Shown: piece by piece, positions 1-7,181 of the stretch
How the letters are laid out: the number at the start of each line of letters is the position of its first letter
How positions within the stretch are numbered: position 1 is the first letter of the stretch
Origin: Planctomycetota bacterium
Lineage (GTDB): Bacteria > Planctomycetota > Planctomycetia > Pirellulales > CAUYYY01
Reading direction: 5' to 3'
Assembly: GCA_963577165.1 (NCBI GenBank)
Contig: CAUYYY010000001.1
Span: 1 to 26,959 of the forward strand
Length of the DNA: 26,959 nt
Translations under genes and position numbers: made by a program
Notes under the pieces: model-generated
Told to the model about the DNA's origin: nothing
Seen by the model: only the letters and a program-made list of their open reading frames with translations
The model's database searches: none

Positions 1-41
1 TTGACCTCGCTTTGAACCCCGATGCACAACGAGGTAAAAAT

Positions 42-662
42 TTGATTACCAAGATTTCCGGCAAACTGGTTTCACTGGCCGACAACACGCTGACCCTGGC
101 GATCGACCACTTGGAATACGAGATTCTGATTCCCGAGTTCACGCGCCGCCAGTTGCAGAGTCACGAGGGCGAGGAGATCAGTCTGCACACGATTCAATAC
201 CTCGAAGGGAATCCCATGCAGGGACGGCTCGTGCCGCGGCTGGTCGGATTCTTGAATCCGTTGGAGCGAGAGTTCTTCGAAATGTTTTGTTCGGTCGACG
301 GCGTCGGCGCCAAGAAGGCGCTCCGTGCGATGGTCCGGCCGGTGCAGGAAGTCGCCGCCACGATCGAGGACCAAGATGCCAAGGGACTTTCGGCCTTGCC
401 CGGCATCGGGCCGGCCACGGCCGAACGGATCATCGCCAAGCTTCGCCGCAAAGTGCCGAAATTCGCGCTGCTCGTGGCCCACGACGCACCGACAGCAGCC
501 GATGTCCCTCGCGACGTGGTGAGCGATGCCTTCGATGTTCTCCGTACGCTGGGGCACACCGAGTCGGACGCACGACGTCTGATCGACACGGCGCTCGGCG
601 AGAAACAAAAGTACAAGGATGTCGAGTCACTGCTCCACGCCGTTTACCAGGCCAGAAGCTGA
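42..662 (+). CDS. ruvA: Holliday junction branch migration protein RuvA
   Basis: N-terminal OB-fold-like segment, HhH motifs ([22 protein letters not shown]), C-terminal domain III-like segment ([11 protein letters not shown]). Start placed at TTG 42 behind GAGGT at 31-35, not the ORF-track start at 12. Confidence 0.95.
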   Translation: MITKISGKLVSLADNTLTLAIDHLEYEILIPEFTRRQLQSHEGEEISLHTIQYLEGNPMQGRLVPRLVGFLNPLEREFFEMFCSVDGVGAKKALRAMVRPVQEVAATIEDQDAKGLSALPGIGPATAERIIAKLRRKVPKFALLVAHDAPTAADVPRDVVSDAFDVLRTLGHTESDARRLIDTALGEKQKYKDVESLLHAVYQARS

Positions 663-721
663 CGGGCGGGGAAACATGAGTTTCTGACCCAAGATTCTTG
701 CTGCGATTACGAATACTAAAA

Positions 722-785
722 AGCACCCCGGCTGCTAACGAAGTTGCAAGTGGTCAGTCCCCTGTGACACAGCAGCCGGGGTGCT
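722..785. repeat. Inverted-repeat element family B, copy 1 (15-bp arms AGCACCCCGGCTGCT, 34-nt spacer)
   Basis: Arms at 722-736 and 771-785 are exact reverse complements; identical arms recur at 6686-6700/6737-6751. Confidence 0.9.
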
Positions 786-796
786 GGTAGTCAACA

Positions 797-1923
797 TTGT
801 CATCATCTTTCGCCCACGGGGAACCTATCATCTTGGCGGACCTGCTTCACGTTGACCCGAACACCGACGAAGAACTTCTCGTTCCGCCGTCGGCATCTTG
901 CCCGGCGTGTGGCTGCCCGACCGACTCCGGGGATCGATTCTGTGTTGTCTGTGGCGGTAAAACAGCGCCTGACCCTGTGTCCGAGCCCACGGCAGCAACC
1001 TACGCCGCGACGCCGCAGAGACATTTTCGTTGTGAGAACTGCGGATCGGAAATCGCCACGAACCAGGATCACCGCAGCTATACTTGTCCGTTTTGCGACT
1101 CGACCTACGTCATCGAGTTCTCGCCCGACGAGACCGGGCGGCAGCGACCGGAGTTTGTCATCGGCTTTGCAGTGACACCGGACCAGGCGCAGCGGAAGTA
1201 TCGGCAGTGGATTTCCAACAACCGTTGGTTTCGGCCGGTCGATTTACATTCATCTCAGGTCGCTGAAAAGATGAAGGCGTCTACTTGCCTTTTTGGTCCT
1301 TTTCGATGCTGGCTGAAAGCCGCTGGGAAGCCTCGATCGGCGAACATTGGTACCGGACGGAGACTTACACGACGACACGGAACGGAAAAACGGTCACCAG
1401 AACCCGACGTGTGCAGGAAACCGAGTGGTGGCCGCTCGAGGGCAACCATCATCAGTACCACAGCGGCTATTTGGTTTCTGGCAGCGGTGGCCTGCCCCAA
1501 TCGCAGGCCGAGCGGATGAAGCCGTTTCGGCTCGAAGGGCTCCATCGATACCAACCTTTTTATTTGGCCGGATGGTTGTCCGAAGAGTACTCCGTCACCC
1601 GCGACGCGGCACTCCAGCAGTGTGAGCCGGAATTTCAACATCGCGAAAACAGCTCGATCGGTGTGTTTTTGCCAGGCGATACCCATCGCCAAGTGCGGGT
1701 CAACACCACGTTTAGCCACGTGAATTCTGACCTGATCTTGTTGCCGGTCTACCTGCTCAGCTACCAATATCGAGGCAAACTTTACCGCTTCATGATCAAC
1801 GGGCAAACGGGCAAATGTGCAGGCGACAAGCCAACGTCGCGCGCCAAAGTCGCCCTGGCGGTTGTTGCCGGGGTCGTTGTCGCGGCAGTCGTCGCGCTGT
1901 TCGTTTTCTTGGCATCTGGTTAA
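797..1923 (+). pseudogene. Multi-zinc-ribbon protein with C-terminal TM helix, paralog 1, frameshifted at ~1277
   Basis: Four CxxC pairs (CPAC, CVVC, CENC, CPFC) in frame 797. Similarity to paralog 2 continues in frame 1285 (VYLPFWSFS ... LPVYLLSYQYRGKLYRFMINGQTGK ... hydrophobic tail). ATG AAG GC GTC TAC TTG lacks one base. Start codon (TTG 797) uncertain. Confidence 0.8.
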
Positions 1924-1935
1924 AAGCGGCGGGTG

Positions 1936-1969
1936 GGGTGGCGGGGAAGGAGCCTCAGCGACGGCCCCG
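1936..1969 (+). repeat. REP-like family A (GGGTGGCGGGGAAGGAGCCTCAGCGACGGCCCCG), copy 1
   Basis: 34 bp identical to 3123-3156 and 4785-4818; GTGG tetranucleotide followed by an imperfect palindrome. Confidence 0.92.
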
Positions 1970-2030
1970 GTGATGTAAGCTCCAACTTCGGGGTCGTTGA
2001 GAAATCGATAGAAGTCTAACCTGATCGCCT

Positions 2031-2988
2031 ATGTCCGATCTATTGACCAAATGCACTGTTTGCGAAGGGCTGATCGACGAGGAAGACCTGTTCTGCGCCA
2101 ATTGCGGCGCCGAAGCGCCCCTTCGCCCAGGGCTTACCAAACCACAGACCCGCGAAGCGACTCACAACTTTACGTGCGACGGTTGCGGTGCGTCGATGAG
2201 CTTTGATGCGTCTGCCCGAACGATACGTTGTCCGTTTTGTGCCTCGGAGGGACTCACGAAACAAGCCGACGCCAAAGTGCTTGCCCCGGAACTTGTCGTG
2301 CCACTGCAAGTCGAGAGGCAGCAGGCGGTCTCTTCCATGCGGTCATGGCTGGGCCGAGGGTTCTGGCGACCGGGCGATCTCTCGGAAGATGCCCTGGTTG
2401 TTTCGATGACGCTGGTCTATGTGCCCTATTGGGTGTTCGAGGCGAAGACTCGCACATATTGGTCAGCCTACACCAGCGACTTGCCCCTGCTTGCGCGAGG
2501 CGACTGGCGTCCGCTTTCGGGCGAACCATCGCAACCTGCTCGTCGGAGCCAGTCATGCCCTGACCGGTCGCGAGACGGCGGCGATCTGCCCGTTCGACCT
2601 GAGCGCCGCACAGTCACTCGATGAGGTCGACCTAGATCGGGTCACGGTCGAACAGTTTCGTCTGGTCCGCAAATATGCTCGACCGCTGGCACGGCAGGGC
2701 TTGGAGCAGCTCGAAGCTCAGGCATGTACCCAGTATGTTCCCGGTCGCTGTCGCAATATGCACGTGAATCTCCGCGTTGAGGGTCTATCGAGTCGACCGG
2801 TGTTGTTGCCGGTCTGGATCATGGCCTATCGCTACCGAGACACGCTTTACCGATTTCTGGTGAACGGACAGAGCGGCCGGGCAACCGGCCAGGCCCCCAC
2901 CTCGATATGGAAAATCGCGGCAGCGGTGGGCATCGTGGCGGTCGCCGGCCTGATCGGGCTGTTTTTGCTCGGCTCACTCTCTCACTAA
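2031..2988 (+). pseudogene. Multi-zinc-ribbon protein with C-terminal TM helix, paralog 2, frameshifted at ~2526
   Basis: CTVC, CANC, CDGC, CPFC pairs and VYVPYWVF in frame 2031. Continues in frame 2419 (HRNLLVGAS ... LPVWIMAYRYRDTLYRFLVNGQSG ... hydrophobic tail), aligning with paralog 1. Confidence 0.8.
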
Positions 2989-2996
2989 AAACCTCT

Positions 2997-3051
2997 GTAG
3001 GGAACGCATTCCACTCCAGCACAATAGAATGCTGCGGAGGGCGTTCCCTAC
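2997..3051. repeat. GTAG-type palindromic element (GTAGGGAACGC ... GCGTTCCCTAC)
   Basis: 11-bp perfect arms 2997-3007/3041-3051 with a further imperfect inner stem; starts 8 bp after the paralog 2 stop. Confidence 0.8.
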
Positions 3052-3081
3052 GGTCCTCGCTTTCCGCCCGGACAACGGTTC

Positions 3082-3090
3082 TGCTATAGT
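3082..3090 (+). promoter_or_regulatory. Candidate extended -10 promoter for ruvB (TGcTATAGT)
   Basis: TGn plus TATAGT ~115 bp upstream of the ruvB ATG; -35 is weak. Confidence 0.45.
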
Positions 3091-3122
3091 ACGGGCCATT
3101 CGTCGATCTCTCGGTATCGGCT

Positions 3123-3156
3123 GGGTGGCGGGGAAGGAGCCTCAGCGACGGCCCCG
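3123..3156 (+). repeat. REP-like family A, copy 2
   Basis: Identical to 1936-1969; lies 49 bp upstream of the ruvB ATG. Confidence 0.92.
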
Positions 3157-3205
3157 AGATGTAGCCTTGTGTCGCATTCATCTTTTACTGTTCGGGCTTC
3201 CGACC

Positions 3206-4225
3206 ATGACCCGCGAACCGATCCTTACTGACCAAGCCGACCTCTCCGAGGAGGATCGCCGCCTGCGCCCAACGCGGATGCAGGACATGGTCGGGCAGGC
3301 GGCGGTCTACGAGCGGCTGATGATCGCCGTCGAAGCCGCACAGAAACGGGATGAGCCGCTCGGCCATATCCTGTTCGATGGGCCGCCCGGACTCGGCAAA
3401 ACGACGTTCGCCACCTGCATTCCACGCGAACTGGGCGTCCCTATACAAATCGCCAGTGGGGCCGCACTCGACGCGCCGAAGGACCTGCTGCCGTATCTGA
3501 CCAATGCCGAAGAACGCTCGGTCCTATTCATCGACGAGATCCACCGGCTTCCCAAGGCGGTTGAGGAGTTCATGTATCCGGCCATGGAGGACTTTCGCAT
3601 CGACATCACCTTGGGCGAAGGCATCAACGCCCGAACCGTCAACATGTCGCTACGGCCATTCACGCTCATCGGAGCGACGACCCGTACCGGACTGCTTTCA
3701 GCGCCATTGCGTGACCGTTTTCAGATGCGCGAGCACTTGGACTTCTACAGTGTCGAAGAGCTGAGCGAGATCGTCCGCCGCAACGCGAGTAAACTCGAAG
3801 TAACGATGGACGAGGAGGCCGCCGTAGAGATCGCCCGCCGCAGCCGCGGCACGCCCCGAGTGGCCAACAATCGCCTCCGCTGGGTGCGTGACTACGTGAC
3901 GGCCCGAGCCGACGGCCATATTCAAAAATCGCTCACCGAGGAGGCCCTGAAGATGCTGAGCGTCGACATCCTCGGGCTCGACGGCCAAGACCGAAAATAT
4001 CTGGAAACCATCCTGCGAGTCTTCCACGGTGGCCCGGTCGGTGTGGAAGCGGTTGCCCACACGATGAATCTTGCCGTGGATACGCTTACCGATGAAGTGG
4101 AGCCTTTCTTGTTACGCAGCGAATTGGTCGTTCGCACACCCCGTGGGCGGACGCTCACGCCGGCTGGCTTCGCACATCTCGGGGCGACGCCGCCCGACGA
4201 GTCCGAGAATCGCCAGTTGTTTTAA
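3206..4225 (+). CDS. ruvB: Holliday junction branch migration helicase RuvB
   Basis: Walker A GPPGLGKTT, Walker B LFIDEIHRL, FTLIGATTRTGLLSAPLRDRF, SRGTPR, RTPRGR. Start taken at ATG 3206 (MTREPIL). Confidence 0.97.
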   Translation: MTREPILTDQADLSEEDRRLRPTRMQDMVGQAAVYERLMIAVEAAQKRDEPLGHILFDGPPGLGKTTFATCIPRELGVPIQIASGAALDAPKDLLPYLTNAEERSVLFIDEIHRLPKAVEEFMYPAMEDFRIDITLGEGINARTVNMSLRPFTLIGATTRTGLLSAPLRDRFQMREHLDFYSVEELSEIVRRNASKLEVTMDEEAAVEIARRSRGTPRVANNRLRWVRDYVTARADGHIQKSLTEEALKMLSVDILGLDGQDRKYLETILRVFHGGPVGVEAVAHTMNLAVDTLTDEVEPFLLRSELVVRTPRGRTLTPAGFAHLGATPPDESENRQLF

Positions 4226-4234
4226 GCGGTTCCA

Positions 4235-4262
4235 AAGCCCAGGGATGGCCATCCCTGGGCTT
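4235..4262. repeat. Perfect 28-bp palindrome AAGCCCAGGGATGGCCATCCCTGGGCTT
   Basis: Exact self-reverse-complement beginning 9 bp after the ruvB stop; no U-tract. Confidence 0.85.
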
Positions 4263-4265
4263 AAA

Positions 4266-4382
4266 GCGAGCGGCAGATGAAAATTTACTCAAATACAAGC
4301 ACGACGCGCAAGCGAGTGAGCAGGTGCGGTTGCTCTGGACTTGCTTGCGCTGCGTGCTGGTAATATCTTTTCCGCCGCTCGC
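4266..4382. repeat. Nested inverted-repeat element (family C core TAC[A/C]AGCACGACGCGCAAGCGAGTGAG)
   Basis: Family C arm 4294-4320 with imperfect inverted arm 4339-4362, enclosed by GCGAGCGGC (4266-4274)/GCCGCTCGC (4374-4382). The family C arm recurs at 8442-8468. Confidence 0.8.
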
Positions 4383-4401
4383 CTAACCCAATACCATCCC
4401 A

Positions 4402-4430
4402 TTGACGCACCTTGCGGCAAAGCCTAGGAT
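4402..4430 (+). promoter_or_regulatory. Sigma70-type promoter for rpmF-fab operon
   Basis: TTGACG (4402-4407), 17 bp, TAGGAT (4425-4430). Confidence 0.65.
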
Positions 4431-4546
4431 GGCCGGCTTGGTGCCTACGTAAGTTGCGGCCCTGTCAAGTGTTCGGTGCGAGCACCGGCTGCGGCAAGAG
4501 AGTGATTCCAAGCGGCGATAGACAGAATACAGATTCGGGTGATCCC

Positions 4547-4726
4547 ATGGCTGTACCCAAACGCAAACATTCCAACTCGCGATCTGGCAAACGCCGCTCG
4601 CACAACGCTCTGAAACCGATTGAACTCCAGCATTGTCCGAAGTGCAGTACGCCTCGGCCCTCGCATGTCGTCTGTCCCAACTGTGGCCACTATATGGGCC
4701 GCGTCGTGGTGGAGGCAGAGGAGTAA
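4547..4726 (+). CDS. rpmF: 50S ribosomal protein L32 (zinc-binding form)
   Basis: MAVPKRKHSNSRSGKRRSH ... CPKC ... HVVCPNCGHY; 59 aa; typical position upstream of fab genes. Confidence 0.97.
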   Translation: MAVPKRKHSNSRSGKRRSHNALKPIELQHCPKCSTPRPSHVVCPNCGHYMGRVVVEAEE

Positions 4727-4784
4727 CTCGGCTGCTGTCTTACCCGCACGAGTCCGCAGGATCTTTTCCTCAGGAAAACTGCAT

Positions 4785-4866
4785 GGGTGGCGGGGAAGGA
4801 GCCTCAGCGACGGCCCCGATGGGAGAATGCGCATCGGGGCCGTCGCTGAGGCTCCTTCCCCGCCAC
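4785..4866. repeat. REP-like family A doublet (REPIN-like hairpin)
   Basis: Forward copy 4785-4818 and inverted copy 4835-4866 form a perfect 35-bp stem (4787-4821/4832-4866) with a 10-nt loop. Confidence 0.93.
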
Positions 4867-4976
4867 GCGTCTGTGCTCTCCCACACAAGTTTTCACCTAG
4901 GTCCGTGACGCCCATGCTTCTGAAGCTCAGCTCGCAAAAAGCCCGAATCGCACGACCACGACAAGGATCCTCCGTT

Positions 4977-5900
4977 TTGAGCAAGATCGCCTTACTTTTT
5001 CCCGGTCAGGGTGCCCAAACGGTCGGCATGGGCAAGTCGCTTTGCGACCGTCTGCCCGCGGCGCGCGACCTGTTCAATCGTGCTGCGGACATCCTTGGCT
5101 ACGACCTGGCGCAGCTCTGCTTTGAGGGGCCGGAGGAAAAACTCAATTCGACCGTCCATAGCCAGCCGGCTCTGTTCGTGACCAGCTTGGCCGCTCTGGA
5201 GCTGTTGCGTGAAGAGGCCCCGGACGTCCTCGGGGCCGTTCATGCTGTTGCCGGTCTGAGTCTGGGCGAGTATACGGCGTTGGTCTTCGCAGGCGCGATG
5301 GATTTTGATTCCGGTTTGCGGCTCGTCCAGCAGCGCGGCCAGGCGATGCAGGATGCGGCCGATGCCGTGCCGAGCGGGATGATCGGCGTTTTGGGTCTTG
5401 AGCGTGATCAAGTTGAGCAGCTCTGTGATCGGGCCGCCGAAGGCGAGACGCTGCGGATCGCCAATTTGCTCTGTCCCGGAAATATCGTGGTTTCCGGCGA
5501 AAAAGGAGCCTGCGAGCGTATCGCGAAATTAGCGGAAGAAGTCGGTGCAATGCGGACCATTCCACTTGCTGTGGCCGGTGCGTTCCATACGCCGCTCATG
5601 CAGGCAGCCGTCGAGCGACTTTCGGCCGCACTCGCTGAGGTCAAAATGGTGCCGCCCAGGGTGCCCGTGATCTCCAACGTCGATGCCCAGCCACACACCG
5701 ATCCGGAAGAAATCCGGGAATTGCTTGTACAACAAGTCGTCAAACCAGTATTGTGGGAAGACTCGATGCGACGGTTCATCGGCGAGGGAGTCGCCGGGGA
5801 CCCCATCGATCAATTCTACGAAGTCGGTCCGGGCCGCGTGTTACGCGGGCTATTAAAACGAATCCATCGCAAGGTTCCCTGTGAAAACGTAACAGGATAA
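4977..5900 (+). CDS. fabD: Malonyl-CoA:ACP transacylase
   Basis: LFPGQGAQ, GLSLGEY nucleophile elbow, AGAFHT, VSNV-like ISNVDA, EVGPG. Start TTG 4977 (MSKIALLF). Confidence 0.96.
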   Translation: MSKIALLFPGQGAQTVGMGKSLCDRLPAARDLFNRAADILGYDLAQLCFEGPEEKLNSTVHSQPALFVTSLAALELLREEAPDVLGAVHAVAGLSLGEYTALVFAGAMDFDSGLRLVQQRGQAMQDAADAVPSGMIGVLGLERDQVEQLCDRAAEGETLRIANLLCPGNIVVSGEKGACERIAKLAEEVGAMRTIPLAVAGAFHTPLMQAAVERLSAALAEVKMVPPRVPVISNVDAQPHTDPEEIRELLVQQVVKPVLWEDSMRRFIGEGVAGDPIDQFYEVGPGRVLRGLLKRIHRKVPCENVTG

Positions 5901-5903
5901 TTC

Positions 5904-6668
5904 ATGATGTCCGAATCCAATTTTACGGTTGATCTGGGCGGCCAAACTGCCATCGTGTCCGGTGCCTCGCGTGGCATCGGTCGCGGCATTGCGTTGGCTC
6001 TCGGTGCGTCCGGTGCCCGCGTGGCTTGCGTCGCACGTAACGTGGAAAAACTCAAAGAAACAGCCGATGCCATCACCTCCGCGGGTGGCACAGCGGATAT
6101 TTTCGAGTGCGACGTGACCGATGGAGCGGCGGTTGAATCGCTGTTCGAGGCCGTCACCGCCAAGTGGGAAAAGGTCGATATTCTGGTCAATAATGCCGGA
6201 ATCACTCGCGACACGCTGGTTCCGCGGATGTCCGACGAGCAGTGGGACGACGTCATCCAGACCAATTTGCGTAGCGTGTTTCTGATGACGCGAGCCGCTT
6301 CGCTTCTCATGATGCGGACACGCAGCGGCAGGATTATCAACATATCGAGCGTTTCAGGCCTGATCGGCAATCCCGGCCAAGGTAATTACTCCGCATCCAA
6401 AGCGGGAGTGATCGGTTTTACACGCACCGTGGCCAAGGAACTGGCAAGTCGAAAAGTGACCGTCAACGCCATCTGTCCTGGCTTCATCGCCACCGAGATG
6501 ACCGATGCCTTGGGACCGGCTGTTTTAGACGTAGTGAAAAAGCGGGTGCCAGCCAAGAGGTTAGGGCGGATTGAGGAGATCGCCGACGCCGTACTGTTCC
6601 TGGCCAGCAATTCCGCCGGTTATATCACCGGCCAGGTGCTGACCCTGGACGGCGGCCTCACGGCGTAA
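5904..6668 (+). CDS. fabG: 3-oxoacyl-ACP reductase
   Basis: SDR motifs SGASRGIG, NNAGITRD, NYSASKAG, PGFIATEMT; position between fabD and acpP. Confidence 0.95.
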   Translation: MMSESNFTVDLGGQTAIVSGASRGIGRGIALALGASGARVACVARNVEKLKETADAITSAGGTADIFECDVTDGAAVESLFEAVTAKWEKVDILVNNAGITRDTLVPRMSDEQWDDVIQTNLRSVFLMTRAASLLMMRTRSGRIINISSVSGLIGNPGQGNYSASKAGVIGFTRTVAKELASRKVTVNAICPGFIATEMTDALGPAVLDVVKKRVPAKRLGRIEEIADAVLFLASNSAGYITGQVLTLDGGLTA

Positions 6669-6683
6669 GACCTGAACAAAATG

Positions 6684-6751
6684 CCAGCACCCCGGCTGCT
6701 TCAAACAGACAAAGGTGCTGGAAAGTCACTCCGAAAAGCAGCCGGGGTGCT
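6684..6751. repeat. Inverted-repeat element family B, copy 2 (36-nt spacer)
   Basis: AGCACCCCGGCTGCT 6686-6700 and AGCAGCCGGGGTGCT 6737-6751, same arms as 722-785 with an unrelated spacer. Confidence 0.9.
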
Positions 6752-6794
6752 AATTCGACTCGCACTAGACACCAGGGCGAAAAACGTTTATACC

Positions 6795-6824
6795 TTGACC
6801 TCACTTGCTTAAGTGCTCTAGCCT
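6795..6824 (+). promoter_or_regulatory. Candidate internal promoter for acpP-fabF
   Basis: TTGACC (6795-6800), 18 bp, TAGCCT (6819-6824); alternative -10 TAGAAT at 6861-6866. Confidence 0.4.
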
Positions 6825-6874
6825 AGTGGGCTTAACCTCGCCAACAACGAGGGGTTTTTGTAGAATTTCAGGGC

Positions 6875-6899
6875 GGGAAACCGATGTGACCGGTTTCCC
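6875..6899. promoter_or_regulatory. Inverted repeat GGGAAACCG-N7-CGGTTTCCC upstream of acpP
   Basis: Perfect 9-bp arms, ~16 bp upstream of the AGGAGG ribosome-binding site; not seen elsewhere in the window. Confidence 0.5.
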
Positions 6900-6930
6900 C
6901 TGGCGATTGATTTACAGGAGGACCTTGGAC

Positions 6931-7170
6931 GTGGCGTCAGTTCAAGAAAGAGTGACCGACATTGTGGCTGAGCAGCTGGGCGTCGATCGAGACAAGGTAA
7001 CTGCGGATACATCCTTTGTTAACGATCTGGGTGCCGACTCGCTCGACACCGTCGAGTTGGTCATGGAGCTAGAAGAAGAATTCGATATCACGATACCCGA
7101 CGAAGCTGCCGAGAAGATTCAAACCGTCGGCCAGGCGGTTGAGCATATCGAATCCCACGTTAAGTCTTAG
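6931..7170 (+). CDS. acpP: Acyl carrier protein
   Basis: [22 protein letters not shown] phosphopantetheine motif; GTG start behind AGGAGG. Confidence 0.98.
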   Translation: MASVQERVTDIVAEQLGVDRDKVTADTSFVNDLGADSLDTVELVMELEEEFDITIPDEAAEKIQTVGQAVEHIESHVKS

Positions 7171-7181
7171 CGGACTCGCAC

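Noticed and set aside
1-41. 3' end of ruvC upstream of ruvA
   Set aside because: Expected from common synteny, but 41 bp is too little to support a call.
722-785. Family B as CRISPR repeat-spacer or integron attC
   Set aside because: Arms are inverted, not direct, and not arrayed; no RYYYAAC/GTTRRRY ends and no integrase.
1286-1304. Programmed -1 frameshift at the T-runs in paralog 1
   Set aside because: Similarity to paralog 2 (VYxP) already lies in the second frame upstream of the T-runs, and there is no canonical XXXYYYZ heptamer.
3029-3205. N-terminal extension of ruvB
   Set aside because: Runs through repeat elements and the candidate promoter; RuvB similarity starts near ATG 3206.
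1936-4866. Family A 34-bp repeats as a CRISPR array
   Set aside because: Copies are 1.2-1.7 kb apart, one is inverted, whole genes lie between them, and no cas gene is present.
4620-4976. N-terminal extension of fabD in the ORF track
   Set aside because: Overlaps rpmF and reads through the repeat hairpin; FabD similarity begins at TTG 4977.
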